Shown one piece after another: positions 33,923 to 43,264 of a stretch of DNA of 64,000 bases (positions are counted from its first letter, which is position 1; the number at the start of each line of letters is the position of its first letter). Under the pieces are notes generated by a model. The model saw nothing but the letters and a program-made list of their open reading frames with translations. It was not told the origin of the DNA and did no database searches. A program made the translations under genes and the position numbers. The stretch covers positions 34,063 to 98,062 of the forward strand of contig CAYXDO010000014.1 of the NCBI GenBank assembly GCA_964463485.1, read 5' to 3'. The stretch is from an uncultured Myxococcales bacterium (lineage in GTDB: Bacteria; Myxococcota; Kuafuiibacteriia; Kuafuiibacteriales; Kuafuiibacteriaceae).

Positions 33923-36900
33923 GTGGCTCGGATCCTGGTGGTCGAGGACACCTCTGCGGTCCTCGCTCTGTACAAGGACGTCCTCGAAGAGCGAGGACAC
34001 GAGGTCGACACCGCCACCGACGGCGACACCGCCCTGCAGAAGCTCGAAAAAAAACCCGAGCTCCTCATCCTCGACCTTCACCTTCCAAAAGGCGGCTTCG
34101 AGCTCCTCGACAAGATCCGCGCCCAGTTCGGACGCGAGCTTCGCGTGATCGTCGTCAGCGGCGTGTACCGAGGCACCGTCCATCGCGAAGCCCTGACCAA
34201 AAAACACAAAATCGTCGCCTACCTCGATAAACCCATCGAGCTCGACACCTTCACCGCGAACGTCGACGCCGCGCTCGCCACCGAGAACCCCAAAGACCTC
34301 CCCTACGCCCCACTCTCCAGCCTGATTCTCCCCGGCGACAACCTCGCCGAACCCAGCAAGGCAAACCTTCGAGCCAAAGACTCCGCCTCGGATGGCGTGC
34401 GAGGCAGACTCGACGACGTCCCCTTCGCGCGGCTCCTCGGCAACCTATACGCGCGCCGCGCCGACGGCGCCTTGATGATGAAGAAAGGCACCGTCAAGAA
34501 AATCGTCTATTTGAAAGCTGGAACACCCATCTTCGTGCGCTCGAACCTCGTCCATGAGTGTCTCGGTCACGTGATGGTCCGCGAACGACTCATCGACGCG
34601 CGCGAGTGCGAGCTCAGCGTCGAGCGAATGCGCGCCGAGAAACGAAAACAAGGCGAGATCCTCATCGAAATGTCGGCCATTTCTGCGAAAAATCTCGAAT
34701 ACGCGCTCGAGCGACAAATGGAGATCAAACTCTTCGATCTCTTCGGGTGGACGGAAGGCCAATACCTCTTCAACGAACAGAAAGCTCAGCCTGGCGTCGA
34801 AATCCCGATGTCTTCGAGTGTCCTCGAAATCCTCACCGAAGGCATCCGGCGAGGCATGCCCGAGAGACGAATCCTGGCCGACATCGCCCGAATGAGTGAC
34901 GCCCCGCTGGCTCCACCGGACCCCGCAAGTCGCGAGAAGCTCCTCGATCACGAACCTCGATTCGAGCCGGTGTTGGCCAAAATCGATGACAAAAGATCCC
35001 TGCTCGCCCTAGCTCGCGAGCCCGAGTCAGGCGCGGTGTGGGCCGCGCTGTACGCAGCGGCCTGCCTGAATCTGCTCGGGCCCGCACAATCGAAGGTCCT
35101 CTCGGCAGAGCCGCCACCGCTCCGAACGAACGCGTCCCGCGCCGGGCTCGAAGCCGCGCGCACCAAAGCGAGAGAAGCCGCGGAAGCCAGCAAGGCGAGG
35201 ATCCCGAAGCTTCCCTCCGGCGCCCTCTCGAGTCCCGCTGGAATCGCCCCAGATCGCCCAACCGCTCCGGAGCCGGAGAGTATGATGGTGATCAGGGACG
35301 GACCGGTGACTCTCCCGCTCCCACGTCGACGGCGGCGCGCCACGCCCGAACCGCCGACCCGAGAGATCCAAGTCATCGAGCTCACGCCAGAGGACGCCGA
35401 GCCTCTGGAGGACGAAGACCTCGACGAGCTCGAAGCGGAGCTGATCGAGATTGGGCCTGACTCACGGTCGATCGTCGCTGACTCACCCCTGAAAAAGGAG
35501 AGAGTCGAGGTTGCCGAGCTCGCTGGCGACAAAGTCTCCGAGAACCCTTTTGCAGAGAGGGAAAAGCTGGCCGCAGAGAGAGCCGCCGTAGAGAGAGCCG
35601 CCGCAGAGAGAGCCGCCGCAGAGAGAGCCGCCGCAGAGAGAGCCGCCGCAGAGAGAGCCGCCGCAGAAAGAGCCGCCGCAGAGAAAGCCGTCGCGGAGAA
35701 GGAACGACTCGCCGCAGAGAGAGCCGTCGCGGAGAAGGAACGACTCGCCGCAGAGAAGGCCGTCGCGGAGAAAGAAAGGCTCGCCGCAGAAGAACTCGCC
35801 GCAGAAAAGGCCGCGGCGAAGAAAGAGAAGCTCGCTGCTGAAAAAGCCGCTGCGGACGAAGAGAAGCTCGCCGCGGAGAAAGCTGCCGCGGAGCGACTTG
35901 CCACGGAGAAAGCCGCCGCGGAGCGACTTGCCGCGGAGAAAGCTGCCGCGGCAAAAGCCGCGGTCGAGAAGGAGCGACTCGCCGCGGAGAAGGCCGACGC
36001 GGACAGAGTGGCGGCAGAGAAGCTGGAAGCTGAAAAAATCGCCGCAGAGAGAGAGAGACTTGCCGCGGAAAGAGCCGCTGCGGAGAGAATGGCGGTGGAG
36101 AAGCTCGCCGCGGAGCGACTCGTTGCGGAACGAGAAGAGCTCGCCGCCGACAAGGCCGCCGAAAAGCTCGCTGCGGAAAAGGCCGTTGCGGAAAGAGTGG
36201 CGGCGGAGAAGCTCGCCGCGGAGCGACTCGTCGCGGAACGAGAAAAACTCGCCGCCGAAAAGGCCGAAAGACTCGCTGCGGAAGAAAAGCTTGCCGCCGA
36301 AAGGGCCACCGCCGAGAAGCTCGCCGCCGAGAACGGCAGGCTTGTTGTCGGAAAGGCGGTCACCGAGAGAGAGAAGCTCGCGGCGCAGCGGCTCGCCGCG
36401 GAAAAGGCGATCGCCGAGCGCGGCAGACTCCTCACGGAGAGACTCCAGGCTGAAAAATCGGCCGCTCACCGCGACGCGTTCGACTCGGCGGAGCACGAAT
36501 CGAGCCTGGCCAACTCTCAACCTCCCGACGAGCCACCCCCGTGGGCACAACGCGGTCCTTTTGGAACGGCAGTCGACGTTCCAAGTCTGAGTCGAGACGG
36601 ACTCACGCCCCGCCGAATTCAGTTGCCTCAACCCATCGTCTCCGCGGTCTTGAGTCCGCTTCCGCCTGATTCGGCCCCGCTGGAGCAGCCCAAACCCAGC
36701 GTCCCGCCGAGCCTTCGCCCGCGCCCCTCGGCACCGCCGCCGGTCCGACCAAGTGTGCCCGCCCCCAAAGCCACGAGGGAACCAACCCCGGAGCCCGCTC
36801 GGAACCCGACCTTCGCGGCCTTGCTCGATCCCAGCACCACGGGACCCGCCGTCCGCCGCACCGAGCCGCCTCCTGCCCCGCGGGTCGACCTGCTCCGCCC

Positions 36901-38119
36901 CGAGCCGCGCTCCCTTCGGCTCGATGACGATGAGTACGTTCCGGTGTCTCGTCCCATTCCGAGGCCGCCCCCGCCCCCCCCGCCGGACGAGCCTTTTGAA
37001 GACGAACCCACGGACAACTCGGAGCGGTGGGCCGCTCAGGCGCTCTCGGCGAAGGCATCCGTCCCTGCGCAGGCTCGCGGAACGTCGCTGGCCGAGATCC
37101 CGACGGAGACTTCGGCGGTGGTCCCCGAACTCTCCACGTTGGGACCGGGAGAGGAGATGGCGATCCGAGCCGCGCGGCTGCTCTCTGCTCCGTTCGATGA
37201 GGAATTCAGCTCCGCGCCGACCGAAGAAATCCCCGCGCTGACTCGCCCCCCGCCGGAGCCGCTGCCGAGCGTTGACGTTCCCAACCTCGCCCCGTCTCGC
37301 ATCGAGGTACTACGGGACGGCGTTCCCGAGGAACGAACCCGCAGCGCGCGCGACCCCTCCCTCATCGCTCGGCCGCCTCCTCCGCCCGATGAGTCCATCC
37401 AGCCGGAGGTCGTGCGCCAAGACGAAATCAGCGCGCTGCGTGTGCGGCTCGAAGAGGCCCGGGCACGACTCAGGAACCGAAATCACTACGAGCGCCTGGG
37501 CCTGGATCGGTCCGCCACGAAGGCGGATGTTGAGCTGGCAGAAGAGTCGGTTCAACGTGCCTGGGTCGACGCGCTGCCTTCCGACGCTCCGTGGACACTC
37601 AGACTCCTCGCAGAAGAAGTCGGTGCGATGCTCGCCGAGTCGGCGCGGATTCTCGGAAACTCGGGAGCTCGTCGGGCCTACAATCGAACCCTCGACGGCC
37701 GCGCGCCCGCGCAGCGGCTCGCCCGATCGATCGCCGCGGAGAAGGCGTTCCAGGCGGCCGCGAGAATTCCAGACGAACCTGCCGCTCGAATCGAAGCGCT
37801 CCGCCACGCCGTCGAGCTCGATGGGCGCCAGGCGGCGTATCACGCCGGCCTCGCCGCCGCCCTCTTTGCGCAAGACCCAAAGTCGGAAGACGCCCGCGCG
37901 AGCCTCGCCCGAGCCCTCGAGTGGGACGGGAGCCACGAGCCCGCCATCGTGCTCGCCGCAAAAATGGCCGCCCAAAAAGGTGACCTCGATACCGCGAGGT
38001 CCAGATACGAAGCCGCCCTCCTCTCCGATCCCGACAACATCGTCGCACTCACCGGCCTGAGAGCGCTCGGAAAACCGGCTGAGAAAAAGAGCTTCCTGAA
38101 ACGGATCTCGGGAAGCTGA
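33923..38119 (+). CDS. Large REC-domain protein with DUF4388-like domain, ~300-aa Ala/Glu-rich coiled-coil repeat tract, Pro-rich segment, J-domain-like segment (no HPD) and C-terminal TPR (AglZ/FrzS-like architecture)
   Basis: N-terminal receiver (VVEDTSA...LILDLHLP...VIVVSG...LDKP). DUF4388-like block (LLGNLYARRADGALMMKKGTVKKIVYLKAGTPIFVRSNL...LGHVMV). AERAAAERAAAEKAVAEKERLAAE repeats (DNA 35570-36480, 18-bp period). NHYERLGLDRSATKADVELA J-like. TPR at the end. Confidence 0.75.
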   Translation: MARILVVEDTSAVLALYKDVLEERGHEVDTATDGDTALQKLEKKPELLILDLHLPKGGFELLDKIRAQFGRELRVIVVSGVYRGTVHREALTKKHKIVAYLDKPIELDTFTANVDAALATENPKDLPYAPLSSLILPGDNLAEPSKANLRAKDSASDGVRGRLDDVPFARLLGNLYARRADGALMMKKGTVKKIVYLKAGTPIFVRSNLVHECLGHVMVRERLIDARECELSVERMRAEKRKQGEILIEMSAISAKNLEYALERQMEIKLFDLFGWTEGQYLFNEQKAQPGVEIPMSSSVLEILTEGIRRGMPERRILADIARMSDAPLAPPDPASREKLLDHEPRFEPVLAKIDDKRSLLALAREPESGAVWAALYAAACLNLLGPAQSKVLSAEPPPLRTNASRAGLEAARTKAREAAEASKARIPKLPSGALSSPAGIAPDRPTAPEPESMMVIRDGPVTLPLPRRRRRATPEPPTREIQVIELTPEDAEPLEDEDLDELEAELIEIGPDSRSIVADSPLKKERVEVAELAGDKVSENPFAEREKLAAERAAVERAAAERAAAERAAAERAAAERAAAERAAAEKAVAEKERLAAERAVAEKERLAAEKAVAEKERLAAEELAAEKAAAKKEKLAAEKAAADEEKLAAEKAAAERLATEKAAAERLAAEKAAAAKAAVEKERLAAEKADADRVAAEKLEAEKIAAERERLAAERAAAERMAVEKLAAERLVAEREELAADKAAEKLAAEKAVAERVAAEKLAAERLVAEREKLAAEKAERLAAEEKLAAERATAEKLAAENGRLVVGKAVTEREKLAAQRLAAEKAIAERGRLLTERLQAEKSAAHRDAFDSAEHESSLANSQPPDEPPPWAQRGPFGTAVDVPSLSRDGLTPRRIQLPQPIVSAVLSPLPPDSAPLEQPKPSVPPSLRPRPSAPPPVRPSVPAPKATREPTPEPARNPTFAALLDPSTTGPAVRRTEPPPAPRVDLLRPEPRSLRLDDDEYVPVSRPIPRPPPPPPPDEPFEDEPTDNSERWAAQALSAKASVPAQARGTSLAEIPTETSAVVPELSTLGPGEEMAIRAARLLSAPFDEEFSSAPTEEIPALTRPPPEPLPSVDVPNLAPSRIEVLRDGVPEERTRSARDPSLIARPPPPPDESIQPEVVRQDEISALRVRLEEARARLRNRNHYERLGLDRSATKADVELAEESVQRAWVDALPSDAPWTLRLLAEEVGAMLAESARILGNSGARRAYNRTLDGRAPAQRLARSIAAEKAFQAAARIPDEPAARIEALRHAVELDGRQAAYHAGLAAALFAQDPKSEDARASLARALEWDGSHEPAIVLAAKMAAQKGDLDTARSRYEAALLSDPDNIVALTGLRALGKPAEKKSFLKRISGS

Positions 38120-38412
38120 GTCGCCGACGGCGCGCGGAGACCCGGCACCCGTCGAATTCGTAGTCGAATTCGTAGTCAGTAGCCGCATGGACGGCTCCGC
38201 TGCATCGAGACAGGGGCCGGCGCGACGATGATTGACCCATCTCGGACTACGACCTCGAGCGCGCTCCCCGCGCCGAGTCCCAGTTGCTCTGCATTGTACG
38301 GGCATCAGAAACAATCTAGTATTGATCATAACGATATTCGCCTCCGCCGAACCCGGTATCCTGCGAACGTTGGTCGTCGCCGAAGGGCTGCAACGAACGA
38401 AGGAGGTCGAAA

Positions 38413-38886
38413 ATGAGACTGTCGAAGAACGAGGTGCGTCTCCGGGCGCTCAAGGCCGCCGCTGGCGTCGCCCTGTTCACGGGCGCGGTGGCTTGCGGAG
38501 AGCTGCCGACCCAAAATCTGGCGGGACGAGGTAGCCCTCATGTCGAGCCGGCCGACGAGCAACTCACCCCCGACGCGGGTGCGACCACCTCGGACGCTCA
38601 GCCCTCAGCCTCCTACAGAGACGCCACGGCGCGAACCGAGGTCGTCCCCCCGGACGCGGGCTTGGTCGCCGCACTGGACTCGGGGCTGCTCGACTCGGGG
38701 GTGGAGGTGGCGGACGCAGGGGACACGGACGCGGAGAGCGTCGATGCGGGGGACAACTGCTTCGGCCTCGAGGGTACCGGTGAAGACTGGTTCGCTTGCT
38801 GCGAACGCATCGGCTGGGACTGGAATCGCGGCTGCCAGGCCTGGGGCCCCCCGGTGCCTCCCGAGGCCCGCGCGGAGGTGGTGTGA
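38413..38886 (+). CDS. Small secreted/lipoprotein with C-terminal Cys-rich module (CFGLEGTGEDWFACCERIGWDWNRGC)
   Basis: Signal peptide with lipobox-like FTGAVAC, acidic low-complexity middle, 5 Cys in the last 35 aa. Stop overlaps the next start (TGATG at 38884-38888). Confidence 0.5.
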   Translation: MRLSKNEVRLRALKAAAGVALFTGAVACGELPTQNLAGRGSPHVEPADEQLTPDAGATTSDAQPSASYRDATARTEVVPPDAGLVAALDSGLLDSGVEVADAGDTDAESVDAGDNCFGLEGTGEDWFACCERIGWDWNRGCQAWGPPVPPEARAEVV

Positions 38887-39677
38887 TGTTGCTCGACCTA
38901 CGGCGAGAAGCCTCCGCGGCTGAGCTTTTGATCGAGCCCCCGCCCTTTCGAGACGATCGCGAGCACCAGATCGCGCTGTCCACCTGGCGAGGCCGCATGG
39001 TCAACGAACACATCTCCGCCAGCGTCTTCGCTCAACTCATCCCCCAACTCATGCGCGCGGGCATCGACGCCGCGCGCCAGGCCGAGGTCGCGGAGATGGT
39101 GAGTGAGGAGCTCCGCCATGCACGGCTTTGTGCGGCGGTGTTGGTGGGACTGGGGGGAGAGCCGGTCGCGCCCCTGCCGGAGATTCGCGCGATGCCGAGC
39201 CACGAGGGAGTATCCAACAAAGAAGCGCTGCTGCGAAATGTGCTGAGTGTGTCGTGCCTTAGTGAGACCGTGGCGGTCGCACTCATCGACGCCGAACGCT
39301 TGGAGCTCCTCGATGTGGCCCGAGAGCGAGACGAAGCCACGCCCAAGACGATCTCCGGCGTATTGCGACAGATCCTGGCCGACGAAGTTCGCCACGCCCG
39401 CTTTGGCTGGAAGCTCCTCGAAGCCGACCCAGTCGATTCAGAGCTCGCGGATCGGTTGGGTGAGTACCTTCGAACGGCGTTCGCACACCTCGAGCGGCAC
39501 GAGCTCGCGCACCTATCCCCGATGCCTGCCCCGAGCTCTGAGGCCGAGGCTGCGGGCGTATGCGATGGGTCGAACGCCCGCGTGCTCTTCTTCGAGACCG
39601 TCGAGCAGGTGATCGTTCCTCGGCTCGAGCAACACGGAATTCCGGCGCGAAAGGCGTGGGAGCGACGATTCGACTGA
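38886..39677 (+). CDS. Ferritin-like (di-iron carboxylate superfamily) domain protein
   Basis: Two ExxH motifs in predicted helices (EELRHARL and ADEVRHARFGW), all-helical composition. Start ATG 38886 overlapping the upstream stop. Confidence 0.5.
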   Translation: MLLDLRREASAAELLIEPPPFRDDREHQIALSTWRGRMVNEHISASVFAQLIPQLMRAGIDAARQAEVAEMVSEELRHARLCAAVLVGLGGEPVAPLPEIRAMPSHEGVSNKEALLRNVLSVSCLSETVAVALIDAERLELLDVARERDEATPKTISGVLRQILADEVRHARFGWKLLEADPVDSELADRLGEYLRTAFAHLERHELAHLSPMPAPSSEAEAAGVCDGSNARVLFFETVEQVIVPRLEQHGIPARKAWERRFD

Positions 39678-39695
39678 GCTCGCAAAACGGCGGAG

Positions 39696-41048
39696 TTGAC
39701 AGCCACGGGCATTCGCCGCGAGTCTCCGCGCATGAAGATTCCTGGACCAACTACGGGAGCCGAAGTTCGAACGAAGCCTCTCGAGCCGGTTTTGGAGGTC
39801 GCACCCGCGCCCTCCGAGCAACGGGCGGAGCCACCCACGGAGCCCGCCGGTTACTCCGCGCTGCGCGCCGAGGCTAGCTCGGCCGGCCCTACCCACGGCG
39901 GTCGGCCGCTGAACGACCCGAGGCTCCGAACTCAGGCGCAACCTTCGACGGGCGCCAGGACCGTCTTGGACCGGGCTCGGAGCAAGATCGACGGGCTCGC
40001 GACCACACACGAGCAGGTCGAGGCGACGACGTCGATCTTCGGCAGAGTCATGGCCCACCTGGGCGCCCCCCTCGGCGAGAAGAGCTCGGTGGCGCTGACC
40101 GGGCCCGAGCTGATGGCGCTGATGGGTTCGGCCAAGGACCTCGCACGCATCGACGGCATCCGCGTCACCTATGACGACAACGTCTTCGGGCTCAAAACGC
40201 CCAACACCGAGAGTCACACGGTGCTCGTGTCGGCCCGCGTACTCATGGGAGAGAGATATCCCAACTTCCTCGACGACGAGGGCGCCTCCAACCGCATGAA
40301 CCCCGAGGCGTCGAACGCGGCTGCCTTCATCGCTCAGCGGTTCGTCGGCAAAGATAAGATCAACGTGCTCCAGATCGAGGCGGTTCGGAATCTCCACGCC
40401 GACCGCGCCGAGTTCGAGACGTTCTCCAAGATCCCCGACCCGCGGGCGTTGCCCGACGGGGCTCCGATCGCAGCTCACTTCGTCGATATGTTCTCGCACT
40501 ACCACCAAGGGGGCTTCGGAGGCGCCAAGGATGGATTCTCAGAGTACGCGAAAGGCGAGATCCTGCGGATGGCCGGGGAGCCCTACTTGGCGCTGGAGGA
40601 CGGCAGAGTCCTCCGCATGAACCGCCAGGTGTTCGAAGTCCGGACGCGGGTCGAGTCGGAGACGACCGACCGAGAAAAGACGATGGATCGGGCTTTTGAT
40701 GCGTACGGAGTCACTTGGGGGCACAATGACAACGGGGGGCACGGAGGGGCGACCCACACCTTCGAGCGCGGCAAGGGTGCTTCGGCGGAGGTCCTGAACG
40801 AGCTTCGCTCGTTGGTGCAAGAAGATAACCCGTATTTGCTGTCCGGGATCCTGCTTCGATACCATGACGAAGCAACTCAGACCTCGAAGCTCGCCACGTT
40901 TTCGATTCGCGAGCTGAAGCCGTCCGCCTTCACCACGGAGGGTCTCGAGCTGCCTGGGTTGCCTTTGATCAAGTACACGAACGTCCTTGGCCTCAAAGGG
41001 CGTGCGGGAGACGGCTACGGCCATCTCATGCCGACCATGGAGGCCTAG
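39696..41048 (+). CDS. Hypothetical protein (450 aa)
   Basis: Good GC3, no recognisable motifs. Start may be MKIPGP (39732). Confidence 0.5.
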   Translation: MTATGIRRESPRMKIPGPTTGAEVRTKPLEPVLEVAPAPSEQRAEPPTEPAGYSALRAEASSAGPTHGGRPLNDPRLRTQAQPSTGARTVLDRARSKIDGLATTHEQVEATTSIFGRVMAHLGAPLGEKSSVALTGPELMALMGSAKDLARIDGIRVTYDDNVFGLKTPNTESHTVLVSARVLMGERYPNFLDDEGASNRMNPEASNAAAFIAQRFVGKDKINVLQIEAVRNLHADRAEFETFSKIPDPRALPDGAPIAAHFVDMFSHYHQGGFGGAKDGFSEYAKGEILRMAGEPYLALEDGRVLRMNRQVFEVRTRVESETTDREKTMDRAFDAYGVTWGHNDNGGHGGATHTFERGKGASAEVLNELRSLVQEDNPYLLSGILLRYHDEATQTSKLATFSIRELKPSAFTTEGLELPGLPLIKYTNVLGLKGRAGDGYGHLMPTMEA

Positions 41049-41096
41049 AATTCGGGGGGCGTTGCCAAAAACGCCCGGTCGATCCAGACTGTCCGC

Positions 41097-41705
41097 ATGG
41101 GTTGGCTCAAGACCATCGTGTTTCTCATCTTGGTTTGGCTCGTGGCCAAGCTGATCGGCCTCGGTTGCCGTCCCGAGGAGCCGTCCACGCGCGCCCCCCA
41201 TCTGGTGAATCGTTTCTGGATCGAGAAGATGCCGCAGGACGAGCGGGAGTTCGTGACTCATTTGCTGCTGGTCGATCACGAGCGGATCCACGCCGGCATG
41301 GTGGGGCGATCTTCTGCCTGGCGAGTCAACGTCGAGGGCGCTCGATGGACGTTCGATGGAGAGAAGCTTCAGATGGAGTTTCCGCAGGACCGAAAACGCG
41401 CCGAGTTCTCCGCTCGCACCTGGGAGTGTAACGACGGACCGCGTGGGTTCGATTTGTGCCTCGAGCTCGCCCACCCGCGCGAGCACCCCATGCGATTCTA
41501 CAGCTGCAAAAAATGTGAGATCCGACCCGACGGGTCGCTGACTCTGCCGGATGAGGTCGCTAAGATGCGCTCCGCGGCCGAGGTCTCCCTTGCGATCGGT
41601 TCGTCTCGGGTGGCCGCGCCGAACACGCCGAACGAGGCGCTCGACTCTGGATGGCCGAGTGTGTGGTCTGACTTGGTGTCGCCGCCGGCCCGGGTCGCAC
41701 CATGA
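41097..41705 (+). CDS. Hypothetical N-terminally membrane-anchored protein (202 aa)
   Basis: N-terminal TM helix WLKTIVFLILVWLVAKLIGLG. No family assignment. Confidence 0.45.
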   Translation: MGWLKTIVFLILVWLVAKLIGLGCRPEEPSTRAPHLVNRFWIEKMPQDEREFVTHLLLVDHERIHAGMVGRSSAWRVNVEGARWTFDGEKLQMEFPQDRKRAEFSARTWECNDGPRGFDLCLELAHPREHPMRFYSCKKCEIRPDGSLTLPDEVAKMRSAAEVSLAIGSSRVAAPNTPNEALDSGWPSVWSDLVSPPARVAP

Positions 41706-41768
41706 TGCGGTGATGCGACGGGCGGCGCGGATCCGTAGCACATCCGTGGCACCGGTCGGGCACCCTAC

Positions 41769-43205
41769 TCAGAACGCTGTGGCCCGCGCGGGCAGGCCGT
41801 GGCTGGTCGTCGTTCCGTCGCCGAGGTGGCCTGGGTTGTTGCCCCAACACCAGACTTCGCAGTTGGACCGGACCGCACACGTCGAGAACCCACCCGCCTC
41901 GATTTCCGCGACATCGTTCAGTCCCGCCACCTCCACGGGAGCGCGGCTGCAATCACCGTTCGCGCAAGCCTCGTGCGAGGTGAGTCCGTCCCCGAGCTCC
42001 CCGTACTGATTGTTGCCCCAGCACGAGACTCGGCCCGTCGAGTGCAAAGCGCACGTGTGAGTATGGCGACTGGAGAGATCGACGACGTCCGCTAGGCCTC
42101 GAACCACCTGCGGAGAGAGCGCGCACGCGTAGCCTCCGCACGAATCGCTCGCGGCCGCACCCACTTGGCCGTAAGTGTCCCAGCCCCAGCAGAGGACCTC
42201 CCCGTTCGCACGCTTCGCGCAAGTGTGACAGTAGCCAGCCTCGACCTCCACGGCGTCCGAGATGCCGAGGACCTCGACAGGACGATATTGATCCGCCGTC
42301 GACCCATCCCCGAGCTGCCCGAATACGTTGTGCCCCCAGCAGACGAGGTGACCGTTCGGCCTTCGCGCGCACGCGTGAAAGCCACCCACCGTGAGCTCCA
42401 CCGCGTCGCTCAGGTCGGCGACCTCGACGGGTGCTCGGCTGCATTCGTACCCACCGGCCCAGTCGCAAGTCTCGTGACTCATCAGCCCGTCGCCGAGCTG
42501 CGCGTCGGCGTTTGCGCCCCAACACGCAACTTTGCCGGACTCGAGGCGAGCGCAGGCGTGGCCGTAGTCGCTGACTTCCAACTGAATGACCGCGCCGAGC
42601 CCCGCCACCGTGACCGGTACGCGGCTGCAATCGAATGATCCGCACCTGTCGTGGCTCGCCACGCCGTCCCCGAGCGCTCCTTGCGAACCCAGGCCCCAGC
42701 AGGAGACGCCAAAAGGTCGCCGCACGCAGCTCGTGTTCCCCACCTCCAAGTCGAGCCCATCTCGGATCTCCGCCACCTGCACCGCGGTGAGGGAACAATC
42801 GCTCTGGCTCGGGCAACTCATGTGACTCGCCAGCCCGTCACCAAGCTGTCCCTCCGTGTTCGTACCCAGGCAGCGCACCGCCCCGGATGCATAGACGGCG
42901 CAAGTCACCGAGCCTCCTAGGCCGACGTGAGCCACTTGCTGGTCCGGCAGCGTACCCTCGGGCGCCCGACAGGCCGAAATCACCGGAACGCCGACGTCCG
43001 GCACGGAAGCGTCCTCGAAGCCGCCGTCCTCGTCGCCCGCGTCCATAGGCTGCGCGGCATCTCGGGCGGCGTCCGCCACGGCATCCAAGACTCTCGCGTC
43101 CCGAGTGGTCGTCGACGCAGGGCGTCGCTCGTCCGCGCAACTCCAGCCCAGAAGGCAAAGCCACAGAAATACGCACCAAAGCCACAAGCAACTCGTCCGC
43201 CGCAT
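41769..43205 (-). CDS. Secreted RCC1-repeat (beta-propeller) protein
   Basis: Seven-plus repeats of the CWGxNxxGQLGDG type (e.g. ACWGANADAQLGDG, VCWGHNVFGQLGDG, SCWGNNQYGELGDG). Signal peptide MRRTSCLWLWCVFLWLCLLGWSC chosen as start (43205). Confidence 0.8.
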   Translation of the reverse strand: MRRTSCLWLWCVFLWLCLLGWSCADERRPASTTTRDARVLDAVADAARDAAQPMDAGDEDGGFEDASVPDVGVPVISACRAPEGTLPDQQVAHVGLGGSVTCAVYASGAVRCLGTNTEGQLGDGLASHMSCPSQSDCSLTAVQVAEIRDGLDLEVGNTSCVRRPFGVSCWGLGSQGALGDGVASHDRCGSFDCSRVPVTVAGLGAVIQLEVSDYGHACARLESGKVACWGANADAQLGDGLMSHETCDWAGGYECSRAPVEVADLSDAVELTVGGFHACARRPNGHLVCWGHNVFGQLGDGSTADQYRPVEVLGISDAVEVEAGYCHTCAKRANGEVLCWGWDTYGQVGAAASDSCGGYACALSPQVVRGLADVVDLSSRHTHTCALHSTGRVSCWGNNQYGELGDGLTSHEACANGDCSRAPVEVAGLNDVAEIEAGGFSTCAVRSNCEVWCWGNNPGHLGDGTTTSHGLPARATAF

Positions 43206-43264
43206 CGCGGCAACATCGCAAGAAGGGACCGAGTCGTCCAGCGCTTCGCGATGGGTCCGCCCCG

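Noticed and set aside
34948-36631. Long minus-strand ORFs across the AE-rich repeat region
   Set aside because: Antisense of the coiled-coil repeat tract. The repeats create long stop-free frames on both strands.
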